Positions 1 to 7,656 of a stretch of 24,943 nt of DNA are shown here, piece by piece. Source of the stretch: a virus (lineage: Duplodnaviria > Caudoviricetes). Where the stretch lies: positions 1-24,943 of IMG/VR virus record IMGVR_UViG_3300025357_000053; one strand, 5' to 3'. The translations under genes were made by a program, and so were the position numbers. Below the pieces are notes generated by a model that was not told the origin of the DNA, did no database searches, and saw only the letters and a list, made by a program, of their open reading frames with translations. Each line of letters begins with the position of its first letter. Position 1 is the stretch's first letter.

Positions 1-2
1 GG

Positions 3-233
3 GTTGCTGGTGGAAACTCCGTTTATGGCGGCGGAGGCGGCGGTGGTGGCGGCGGTATTGGTAACGGAAATGGCGGAACCTCTATATCGGGTGGTGCTGG
101 CGGGGCTGCTAAAGCGGCAACGGGAACGGCTGGTACGGCTCCGGGCGGCGGCGGCGGTGGCGGCGGAACAACCGGTGGTGCCGGTGCGCGTGGTGAAATC
201 CGCGTTTGGGTAATTCGCCAGACAACCGGCTAA
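3..233 (+). CDS. C-terminal end of a glycine-rich virion fibre/decoration protein (5' truncated)
   Basis: Frame +3 reads VAGGNSVYGGGGGGGGGGIGNGNGGTSISGGAGG...GGAGARGEIRVWVIRQTTG, with TAA at 231-233. The G-rich tract ending GxGAxGxIxV is typical of phage glycine-rich fibre domains. It is absent from the ORF track because it has no start in the window. Confidence 0.8.
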   Translation, partial: VAGGNSVYGGGGGGGGGGIGNGNGGTSISGGAGGAAKAATGTAGTAPGGGGGGGGTTGGAGARGEIRVWVIRQTTG

Positions 234-310
234 AATACCTTACATATAAAACTGTTTAGGTTTTTGATCCCCCATAGGAATTAAAACACCATGATGGCAA
301 TATATGTCTC
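234..310 (+). promoter_or_regulatory. AT-rich intergenic gap, possible promoter for the head module
   Basis: One of very few gaps over 50 nt. It is AT-rich (tacatataaaactgtttaggtttttg) and precedes the head gene cluster. No clean sigma70 -35/-10 pair is seen. Confidence 0.2.
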
Positions 311-520
311 ATGGTACAAACTTATAGTAGCCTTCTTGAGTATGAAATCGGACGCCTTATAGATGAGGCGATTGCCGACGAGGCCGCTATTCTTGCTAAT
401 GGCAATATAGAAGATATCAAAGACTACAAATTTCGTGCGGGCATGATCCGAGGCTTGAACAAAGCCAGAGAACTTATGTCCGAAGCAGATCGTATCATTC
501 AATCAGGCGAAAGAGGATAA
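311..520 (+). CDS. small conserved phage head-module protein (69 aa)
   Basis: Helical protein with DYKFRAGMIRGL, matching a Y---G-I-GL pattern I recall from small ORFs just upstream of phage GroES/scaffold genes. Its 3' end carries the next gene's RBS (GAGGA). Confidence 0.7.
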   Translation: MVQTYSSLLEYEIGRLIDEAIADEAAILANGNIEDIKDYKFRAGMIRGLNKARELMSEADRIIQSGERG

Positions 521-522
521 AC

Positions 523-915
523 ATGCCGTATACGCGCATGCATCACGATGTTGACCCCAAAGACACTATTCTTAGCGAACTTGGTGACATTAGTGGCATT
601 GAAATCTTTAACACTCATGTTCTTATTGCGACATATGTTCGCCCAAATAAGACAAAAAGCGGCATTCATTTAACGGATAAGTACGTTGATGAAGATCGTT
701 ATCAAGGAAAAGTAGGTCTTGTTGTGAAGAAAGGCCCATTGGCTTTTATTGATGAAGAGCAAGACTGGTTTAAAGGCGTTGAAGTCAACATTGGTGATTG
801 GGTCGTTTACCGGCCTTCGGATGGCTGGTCTATGAATGTGCATGGCGTCAATTGCCGTGTTTTGCGTGACATTGATATTCGTGGCCGCATTCCGGCCCCT
901 GATGCAGTTTGGTAA
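523..915 (+). CDS. groES: phage co-chaperonin GroES (Cpn10)-like protein
   Basis: Cpn10 motifs: VLI...KTKSGIHL (mobile loop), GKVGLVVKKGP, VNIGDWVVY, RVLRDIDI. RBS GAGGA upstream. Confidence 0.85.
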   Translation: MPYTRMHHDVDPKDTILSELGDISGIEIFNTHVLIATYVRPNKTKSGIHLTDKYVDEDRYQGKVGLVVKKGPLAFIDEEQDWFKGVEVNIGDWVVYRPSDGWSMNVHGVNCRVLRDIDIRGRIPAPDAVW

Positions 916-926
916 GGAATAATCTA

Positions 927-1811
927 ATGGATGCGGAAAAGACAGAAGACGAAATCCTAATCTTGGATGACGCTGCCGAAGAGAACAAACCAGAAACAAA
1001 AGTAGCGGATAATGATTCGCAGACGCCAGAAGACGGCATTGCGGAACTGAAGGCCCGTCTTGAGCAGGAAAAGAAGCTTCGGCTAGAGGCGGAAACCCGC
1101 GCTCACCAAGCAACCCAGACGGCGACTAGGGCTGCCGCTGACGTTCAGGATAGCAACCTTCAACTTATTACGGGCGCTATTGATAAGCTAAAGCGTGAAT
1201 CGGATTACCTAAAGGCTAACTTTAAAGAAGCTATGACGGCGGGTGATTATGATGCCGCTGCGCAGGTGCAAGAAACAATGTCGCTTAATGCGGCAAAGCT
1301 ATTGCAGTTGCAGAATGGTAAAGCTTCTCTTGAAGAGAAACTAGCTAACCCACAGCCACAACAGCCATCGACGAATGACCCTGTAGAACGTGTAGCATCT
1401 ACGCTTTCACCACGGTCGGCTGCATGGATTCGGGCGCACCCTCAGTGCATCACGGATCAGCGCATGTATCAAAAAATGGTTGGCGCACACAACATCGCTA
1501 TGGCCGATGGTCATATTGTTGATTCGGATTCGTACTTTGACGCCATTGAAGGCCAGCTTGGGTTCCGTAAAGCGCAACCTCAGGTTGATGACGGCGAAGA
1601 TGTTGCTTTGTCAGCAGCCGCCGCGCCAACTCAGAAGCGCACATCCGTACCAGCAGCACCAACGACGCGCACGGCGGCTGGAACCCCAAGCAAATCGCAG
1701 GTTGTCCGACTTTCCGCAGAAATGCGGGAGATGGCACATATGATGGGCATGACGCCCGAAGATTACGCCAAGAACATGGTGTCCCTTCGTAAAGAAGGCA
1801 AGTTACAGTAA
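927..1811 (+). CDS. capsid scaffolding protein
   Basis: ATG at 927 after AAGGA is preferred over the track's TTG at 909. Acidic N-terminus, long coiled coil, P/A/T-rich linker and a C-terminal helix pair (LSAEMREMAHMMGMTPEDYAK). Lies upstream of the capsid genes. Confidence 0.75.
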   Translation: MDAEKTEDEILILDDAAEENKPETKVADNDSQTPEDGIAELKARLEQEKKLRLEAETRAHQATQTATRAAADVQDSNLQLITGAIDKLKRESDYLKANFKEAMTAGDYDAAAQVQETMSLNAAKLLQLQNGKASLEEKLANPQPQQPSTNDPVERVASTLSPRSAAWIRAHPQCITDQRMYQKMVGAHNIAMADGHIVDSDSYFDAIEGQLGFRKAQPQVDDGEDVALSAAAAPTQKRTSVPAAPTTRTAAGTPSKSQVVRLSAEMREMAHMMGMTPEDYAKNMVSLRKEGKLQ

Positions 1812-1823
1812 TAGGAGATACAT

Positions 1824-2378
1824 ATGTCTGAACTCACTAAGCTTACCCCTAAGTCTGCGCCTAAAGCACCACCTCGCCCCGATGTTCGTGGTGATATCCG
1901 TGACGAAAGCCCGGCTGAACGCGCTAAAAAGCGTGCAGCAGAAATCCGTGCGCATCGTTCTGGCCTAGACCTTGATAGTACTGATCGTTTTGCAATTGAC
2001 ACCAGCATTGTTCCAGAGGGCTGGACGTATGAGTGGAAACGTAAAACTATTTACAATCAGGAAGACCCTGCTTACCAAATCCGCCTTGCAGATGGTGGTT
2101 GGACGCCAGTTCCAGCAACTCGTGATGCACGTCACGCAGCGTTAATGCCTACTGGAAACTATGCCGTTATTGAACGCGACGGTATGATTTTAATGGAACG
2201 ACCTAAAGAGTTGACAGACGAAGCAAAAGATATAGAATTGCGTCGTGCTAGAAACCAAGTTCGCTCTAAAGAAGCACAGCTTGGTTCTACACCGGACGGC
2301 ACAATGACACGCGAAGATTCTCGTGTTCGGCCTACGGTAAGAAAATCTTACGAAGCGATGCCTATTCCTAAGGAATAA
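1824..2378 (+). CDS. conserved phage head-module protein of unknown function
   Basis: RBS AGGAG. Motifs PEGWTYEWKR, GGWTPVP and GMILMERP resemble proteins commonly found between scaffold and capsid genes. Confidence 0.7.
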   Translation: MSELTKLTPKSAPKAPPRPDVRGDIRDESPAERAKKRAAEIRAHRSGLDLDSTDRFAIDTSIVPEGWTYEWKRKTIYNQEDPAYQIRLADGGWTPVPATRDARHAALMPTGNYAVIERDGMILMERPKELTDEAKDIELRRARNQVRSKEAQLGSTPDGTMTREDSRVRPTVRKSYEAMPIPKE

Positions 2379-2389
2379 GGACGCTTCAA

Positions 2390-2452
2390 AACCTGCCCTG
2401 TGGGAGGCGGGTTAAATTGTACGGGTTGGCAGTGCTTGGCGCATAGCAACCT
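2390..2452 (+). promoter_or_regulatory. two adjacent stem-loops in the leader of the decoration/major capsid genes
   Basis: AACCTGCC (2390-2397) pairs with GGCGGGTT (2406-2413). GGGTTG (2423-2428) pairs with CAACCT (2447-2452), with an inner GTGC/GCAT stem. RBS AGGA is at 2461. Confidence 0.5.
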
Positions 2453-2473
2453 CATCACTCAGGAACTTCTGCA

Positions 2474-3091
2474 ATGGCTAATACGCTAGCGTATTTTGGC
2501 TTCACGCAGTATCAGGGTGGTGCTGGCGGCGCTCCAACGTTCGCACAGTCCACCCGTCGTATTGCGTCGAGCAACGGCACCGCGATCTATACTGGCGACC
2601 CAGTTGGCTTCGTTAGCGCCGTTAACGGTTACATCCAGCAAGCTGCTGCTGGCACCACCCCTGTTGCTGGCATTTTTGTCGGCTGCAAGTACACTTCTGT
2701 TTCGCAGAAGCGCACGATCTGGTCCAACTATTGGCCGGGTTCGGATGCTTCGGGCGACGTAGAAGCCTACGTTATTGATGATCCGAATGCTCGCTTTATC
2801 GTCCAGACCAGCACGACTGCATTCCCAATGACCGGGACTGTAAGCGCGATGGGTTCGGGCGTTATTGGTCAGCTTGCTCAGTTCACCATTGGTACGGGCA
2901 ACGCCAACACCGGTCGTTCGGGTGCATACCTGTCGGCTGTTGGTAGCACGGCAACCTATCCATTCCAAATCATTGACTATCAAATCTCCGCTGGTAACGG
3001 CGGCGACCCAACCACGCAATATTGCAACGTGATCGTTGGCTTCAACAACGAAATTCTGCGTAGCAATGGCGCGGTAACTGGCATTAGCTGA
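2474..3091 (+). CDS. probable capsid decoration/cement (minor capsid) protein
   Basis: 205 aa, G/A/T-rich beta protein (AIYTGDPV, GIFVGCKY, AYVIDDPNARFIVQ) immediately upstream of the major capsid gene, the usual position of a decoration protein. Confidence 0.65.
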   Translation: MANTLAYFGFTQYQGGAGGAPTFAQSTRRIASSNGTAIYTGDPVGFVSAVNGYIQQAAAGTTPVAGIFVGCKYTSVSQKRTIWSNYWPGSDASGDVEAYVIDDPNARFIVQTSTTAFPMTGTVSAMGSGVIGQLAQFTIGTGNANTGRSGAYLSAVGSTATYPFQIIDYQISAGNGGDPTTQYCNVIVGFNNEILRSNGAVTGIS

Positions 3092-3103
3092 GGAGTAAGG
3101 TAA

Positions 3104-4018
3104 ATGTCTGTCAATCTTAGTCAGATTAAAGACCTTCTCCTTCCCGGACTTCGGGGCGTAGAAGGCAAGTACGAGATGATCTCATCTCAGTACGATAAAA
3201 TCTTCACGAAGCATGATTCGAAAATGGCTCTCGAACGTACCGCTGAAATGCGTTACCTCGGCCTTGCGCAGTTGAAGACCGAAGGTGGTCAGACTGCATT
3301 TGATTCGAATGCTGGTGAGCGTTTTGTCTACAATCAGGAACACACCGAAATTGCTCTTGGGTACGCGATTACCCGTAAGGCAATTGACGACAACCTGTAC
3401 AAGACCCAGTTCATGCCATCGAACCTTGGCCTCGTGGAATCTTTCCAGCAGACCAAAGAAATCTATGGCGCGAACATTCTCAACACGGCAACGACCTACA
3501 ACTCGGCAGTTGGCGGTGACGGCGTAGCACTTTGCTCGACGGCGCATCCTATTGACGGTTCAACGGTTGCTAACACCCCTACCACTCAGCTTGACCTCAA
3601 CGAAGCCTCGTTGCTTAACAGCATGATTGCTGTTCGTACGAACTTCCGCGATCAGGCCGCGTTGAAGGTGTTTGCCCGTGCGCGTAAACTCATCGTTCCT
3701 GCACAGCTTGAGCCGGTTGCCGTTCGTCTTACGAAGACTGAATTGCGTCCGGGTACAGCAGATAACGATGTTAATGCTATCATGATGACGGCTGGTGGGC
3801 TTAGCGAAGGCTATATGGTCAACGACTTCTTGACTTCTTCGTATGCTTGGTTCCTCCTGACCAACATTGATGGTTTGGCGTACATGGAGCGTGTTAAGTT
3901 CGAAACCGACATGCAAGTCGATTTTGTTACTGATAACTTGCTCGTAAAGGGTTATGAACGCTACTCTTTTGGCTATTATAACTGGCGCTCAATTTACGGT
4001 TCGTTCCCAACCTCGTAA
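3104..4018 (+). CDS. major capsid protein (HK97 fold, Mu gpT-like)
   Basis: 304 aa, strong RBS GAGGAG. Motifs LLPGL, LGYAITRKAIDDNLY, GDGVALCSTAHP, KLIVPAQL and ERYSFGYYNWR are characteristic of this capsid family. Confidence 0.88.
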   Translation: MSVNLSQIKDLLLPGLRGVEGKYEMISSQYDKIFTKHDSKMALERTAEMRYLGLAQLKTEGGQTAFDSNAGERFVYNQEHTEIALGYAITRKAIDDNLYKTQFMPSNLGLVESFQQTKEIYGANILNTATTYNSAVGGDGVALCSTAHPIDGSTVANTPTTQLDLNEASLLNSMIAVRTNFRDQAALKVFARARKLIVPAQLEPVAVRLTKTELRPGTADNDVNAIMMTAGGLSEGYMVNDFLTSSYAWFLLTNIDGLAYMERVKFETDMQVDFVTDNLLVKGYERYSFGYYNWRSIYGSFPTS

Positions 4019-4030
4019 GGAGAGTGAACT

Positions 4031-5260
4031 ATGGCTAACACTTCTTTCTCCGGTCCGGTGATTGTGTTTGGGCAAAACCCATCACAGCCAGCCGACTATA
4101 ACCCAGATATTGGTGGATCGTCCCTGTTTTATGCAGGGACGGCCATTCTTGATCCCCGCCCCGCCTACACCTTTTTTCCGGGTGAAGGTCAGTCAGCCTT
4201 AGACTTTGGTTGGTTGGGCGTGGATAACGTTACTACACTAAGCGCAGTTCCTTATACTTCTGCGGCGGCAGCTATTGTCGCTTCGGCCAACCCGACAAGC
4301 TCTACGTTGGCATTGGTCACGGCTAATAGCGCGACAACTGGCGTCTACTATTCAACGAACTTTGTTCGTGCGGATACTGGCGTTGTTGATACCGTTCTTG
4401 CCCTTGATGCCTATGCTTCGGTAACGGCTTCATTTGCAAACGGTGTGATGACTGTAACTGCTAACAGTGGATTGCCAATTGGCCCCGGCATGGTTGTTCT
4501 TTCAACCGCTGGTACAATTTCGCAGGGTACTGTTTCTGGTTTGCAGGTCATTTCGCAGCTTACGACTACCGGAACGGCTTCTACGGTTGGCCAAGGACAG
4601 ACTGGTACGTATCTGACGAACGGCAATCTGACGGCAACTTCTGGTACGGTCACTTTGGCCTATCAGACGCCTTCCCAGTGCGCTGTTCCAAATAATGCCC
4701 AAACGCCAAGTCAGGCAAATTGGAGTCCAATGGCTCTTATTGGTCGTGTTGTCAGCGTTACGGCAGCTTCGGGTGCAACCTATGCGACCGCAACGGTTAA
4801 CGGCTACGATATCTACGGGTATCCAATGTCGGAAGCCATTACGATTTCGGCGGGTGCAGCGGTTAGCGGCAAAAAGGCGTTTAAGTACATTAAGTCGGTG
4901 GTGCTTTCGGGCGGCACGGCTGATACTACCCACGCCTATTCTGTCGGTACGACTAGCGTTATTGGTTTGCCAATCCGTGCTGATGCTTCTGCTGAACTTT
5001 TGGTAAACGCAGCAGCTTCCCAGACGGCGGTAACATCCAATACGACGTTTGCAGCCAACGGGTTCCTCCCCGCTGACCGTACAACGCCGTCCGCCACTAC
5101 GGGTGACGTTCGTGGGACTCTTGATCTTGCTAACTCGTCCGGTATTAACTTGGCTCCATCTACTGGCACCAATAAATACGTCGTTCGGCAGTCGCCACAG
5201 GCTTACAACATTCCAAATGCTACTGGTTTGTTCGGTCTGACCCAGTACTACAACTTCTAA
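4031..5260 (+). CDS. virion structural protein, probable head fibre/decoration
   Basis: Starts MANTSFSGPV, an N-terminal motif common in genes directly after this capsid type. T/S/A/G-rich beta composition, RBS AGGAG. Confidence 0.6.
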   Translation: MANTSFSGPVIVFGQNPSQPADYNPDIGGSSLFYAGTAILDPRPAYTFFPGEGQSALDFGWLGVDNVTTLSAVPYTSAAAAIVASANPTSSTLALVTANSATTGVYYSTNFVRADTGVVDTVLALDAYASVTASFANGVMTVTANSGLPIGPGMVVLSTAGTISQGTVSGLQVISQLTTTGTASTVGQGQTGTYLTNGNLTATSGTVTLAYQTPSQCAVPNNAQTPSQANWSPMALIGRVVSVTAASGATYATATVNGYDIYGYPMSEAITISAGAAVSGKKAFKYIKSVVLSGGTADTTHAYSVGTTSVIGLPIRADASAELLVNAAASQTAVTSNTTFAANGFLPADRTTPSATTGDVRGTLDLANSSGINLAPSTGTNKYVVRQSPQAYNIPNATGLFGLTQYYNF

Positions 5261-5271
5261 GGAACTAGGCC

Positions 5272-5688
5272 ATGAAGGCACATAAGGGTAAGTCTGATCA
5301 GGACGGTACGCACGGCGAAAAGTATGCTGATGCTGCCGTTAAGGATGCATACGCTGGCGGAAATTCGCCAACGGAGCATGAAGCTGAAGAGCGTAAGCAT
5401 GGCGGTCGTGCCAAGCGCAAACATGGTGGCCACGTTGCCCACCACAATGCGAAGCACAAAGAGCATCACCATGAACATCCAAAGGCTGAGCATCGCGCAA
5501 AGCGTAAGCGCGGTGGTCATGTCCATCACGAAGAGCATCATGTTCACGGCGAGCATGCTAAGCATCGTGCGGATCGTAAGGCCCGTAAGTCTGGCGGCGA
5601 AGTAGGCGCGAACATGCACCCACTTTCGACGGCAGCTAAGGGGATGGAGCCTAAGGCTCACAAGTCCTACGAGCCTGAACACGATTGA
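5272..5688 (+). CDS. His/Lys-rich low-complexity protein with repeated K-x-GG motifs (possible internal/DNA-condensing head protein)
   Basis: RBS AAGGA. About 25 His in 138 aa by hand count. RKHGG twice, RKRGG, RKSGG, YAGG. Followed by a terminator-like hairpin. Confidence 0.7.
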   Translation: MKAHKGKSDQDGTHGEKYADAAVKDAYAGGNSPTEHEAEERKHGGRAKRKHGGHVAHHNAKHKEHHHEHPKAEHRAKRKRGGHVHHEEHHVHGEHAKHRADRKARKSGGEVGANMHPLSTAAKGMEPKAHKSYEPEHD

Positions 5689-5694
5689 TACAGT

Positions 5695-5727
5695 TGAGGG
5701 GGTGTAAAAAGCCCCCTCACTTCTTCA
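5695..5727 (+). terminator. probable intrinsic terminator closing the capsid transcription unit
   Basis: Stem TGAGGGGGT (5695-5703) / GCCCCCTCA (5711-5719), 7-nt loop, then a pyrimidine tail CTTCTTC. The U-tract is weak, so it may be leaky. Confidence 0.6.
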
Positions 5728-5737
5728 TAGGTGACAA

Positions 5738-5980
5738 ATGACGGCTGCTTGGACACGTTCTGAAGGTAAGTCCCCATCTGGTGGCTTGAATGCCAAAGGT
5801 CGCGCTTCTGCTCGTGCAGAGGGGCATGACCTAAAGGCTCCTACGAAAGACAAAGACAATCCAAGGCATGAAAACTTTTGTTCGCGCATGACTGGTATGA
5901 AGCGCAAAATGACGGGTTCAGCGAAAGCTGCTGATCCAGATAGCCGCATCAACAAGTCGCTTCAAAAGTGGGGATGTTAA
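5738..5980 (+). CDS. DUF6321-like small basic phage protein
   Basis: AWTRSEGKSPSGGLNAKGRAS...FCSRMTGMK...DPDSRINKSLQKWGC matches my recollection of the DUF6321 pattern. RBS AGGTGA. Confidence 0.75.
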   Translation: MTAAWTRSEGKSPSGGLNAKGRASARAEGHDLKAPTKDKDNPRHENFCSRMTGMKRKMTGSAKAADPDSRINKSLQKWGC

Positions 5981-6144
5981 TGTCCGATAAAGCATTTTGG
6001 GAAACTAAATTGCCCAAGGGACATCACACGAAACACTTGTCGCACAAGCAAGAGCAAAGTGCTAAAGCTAGTGCAAGGGCTGCCGGTAGGCCATACCCTA
6101 ATGCTGTTGATAATATTGCTGCTGCGCGTAAGAAGGGTAAGTAA
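5980..6144 (+). CDS. small basic phage protein (54 aa), not in the ORF track
   Basis: TAATG coupling at 5978-5982. Reads MSDKAFWETKLPKGHHTKHLSHKQEQSAKASARAAGRPYPNAVDNIAAARKKGK and fills the gap exactly. AGRPYPNxVDN is a recurrent phage small-protein motif. Confidence 0.8.
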   Translation: MSDKAFWETKLPKGHHTKHLSHKQEQSAKASARAAGRPYPNAVDNIAAARKKGK

Positions 6145-6146
6145 TT

Positions 6147-6923
6147 ATGACTACGTTTTCACAACCGGGCGTTGTTTGGGATTCCATCACGAAGAATGGA
6201 AAACATGAATTATTTGAGCTTCAAACGGCTCGTAATCAGATCACCAACCACTCTGTTGTCAATATTTTTGGTTATCAAACTTCTGTTACAACCACTAGTA
6301 TCCCAGTTTGGGAAAATGCTTCAACGTATACATACCCAACGTCAGCATTGACGATGACGTATGCAAGTACGCAACCAGAAACCCTAACCATGACGGTCAC
6401 GGGTCTGGATATAAACTATGCTATTGTGACGGATACTGTGACATTTTCCGCCGGGACTTCTGGTACGGCGACCAACGGGACTGCATTTTTCCGCATTAAC
6501 AGCATGATTGTTACCAGCGTTGCCTCACTTGGTGGAACAAACGTTGGCCAGATCACAGCGAAAAATGGCGGTACTACTTATGCCCAGATCAATGCTGGCG
6601 TCGGTAAAACGCAGATGGCAATCTACACGGTTCCGGCTGGTTATTCATTTTACCTTAACCGCATTGATGTGTTCGCATCAAATCCATACACGTCTGCCAA
6701 CAATTTGACGTTCATTAATTGGCAGCAGTCTGGTCTAACAAACGTAGCCTATAGCATTGCTCAGTCACCATTTACGAGCATTTTGGATATTCATCGCCAA
6801 TACCCGTTAATGTATACCGAAAAAACTGATATTCAGTTTCGTGTGAATACAAGTACGGGGACATATGCAGTTGGCGCTTTTGGTGAAGGTGTCTTGATCG
6901 CCCTCACTAGCACAAACTTTTAA
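6147..6923 (+). CDS. conserved virion structural protein, beta-rich
   Basis: 258 aa with VNIFGY, PVWENASTYTYP, QMAIYTVPAGY and EKTDIQ motifs; within the structural operon. Confidence 0.65.
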   Translation: MTTFSQPGVVWDSITKNGKHELFELQTARNQITNHSVVNIFGYQTSVTTTSIPVWENASTYTYPTSALTMTYASTQPETLTMTVTGLDINYAIVTDTVTFSAGTSGTATNGTAFFRINSMIVTSVASLGGTNVGQITAKNGGTTYAQINAGVGKTQMAIYTVPAGYSFYLNRIDVFASNPYTSANNLTFINWQQSGLTNVAYSIAQSPFTSILDIHRQYPLMYTEKTDIQFRVNTSTGTYAVGAFGEGVLIALTSTNF

Positions 6924-6935
6924 TAAGGGTTTATT

Positions 6936-7646
6936 ATGTCGAACGTTGCGATATCAGCATTAACCCAAGTATCTGCCGTATCGTCTACGGACATCTATCC
7001 AACTGTTCAGGGCAACGTTACATACAAAGTAACTGCGGCTCAGTTGGCTACATATATGCTTGGTGGCACGGGCGGTGTTGCAACTACTGTTGTAGGCACT
7101 GGCGCAGCTAATGCTACGCTTGGTAGCAATGGCGCATGGAACCTTATCCTTACAACCAACACTGCTGGTTCCAACCAAGGCACCATTACGATCAACAATG
7201 GCGCTAACGGAAATATCGCCATTGCTCCGAATGGCACGGGTGCGACTACGGTTGCTTCGGCTCTTTCTGCTACGGGTTCTATCTTATCGTCAAATGGTAG
7301 CGGAACCCTTGGCACAAGCGGCATCGGTTATGCTACCGGGGCGGGTGGTACTGTTACTCAGATAACAAGCCGCACTACTGGCGTAACTTTAAACAAGCCT
7401 GTGGGCCAGATTCAAATGTTTAGTGCGGCTGGTTCGGCAACTGCACAGTCTTTTGTAGTTACCAATAGCGCAGTAGCCGCCACGGACATTATTCACATTA
7501 ATCAGGTTAGCGGAACAAACCTTTATGTGTTACTAATAACAGCGGTAGCGGCGGGTAGCTTTACTGTTACGTTCTATACGACGGGCGGTACGGCAACTGA
7601 TGCTCCCCTGCTTAACTTTGCTGTTATTAAAGGCGTCATAGCCTAA
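6936..7646 (+). CDS. short fibre/spike-like structural protein
   Basis: 236 aa with only about 7 D/E/K/R residues. Contains the GYATGAGGTVTQITSRTTGVTLNK module. Its N-terminus resembles that of the long fibre at 9951. Confidence 0.65.
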   Translation: MSNVAISALTQVSAVSSTDIYPTVQGNVTYKVTAAQLATYMLGGTGGVATTVVGTGAANATLGSNGAWNLILTTNTAGSNQGTITINNGANGNIAIAPNGTGATTVASALSATGSILSSNGSGTLGTSGIGYATGAGGTVTQITSRTTGVTLNKPVGQIQMFSAAGSATAQSFVVTNSAVAATDIIHINQVSGTNLYVLLITAVAAGSFTVTFYTTGGTATDAPLLNFAVIKGVIA

Positions 7647-7656
7647 TAGGTGATAA

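Noticed and set aside
4-213. Track ORF of 69 aa (MLVETPFMAAEAAVV...)
   Set aside because: Out-of-frame shadow of the Gly-rich frame +3 CDS; GGC/GGT runs read as Ala/Val.
2390-2413. First leader hairpin as an intrinsic terminator or tRNA fragment
   Set aside because: No U-tract follows on the + strand and there is no cloverleaf or T-loop consensus; kept only as a possible regulatory structure.
4502-5281. 259-aa minus-strand ORF and the many other antisense or alternate-frame ORFs in the track
   Set aside because: They lie wholly within well-supported + strand genes, have no recognisable motifs or RBS, and are expected from the codon bias of T/S/G/A-rich genes.
5257-5682. Hydrophobic Met/Leu-rich minus-strand ORF resembling a membrane protein
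   Set aside because: It is the reverse complement of His/Lys codons (CAT gives ATG, AAG gives CTT) of the His-rich gene.
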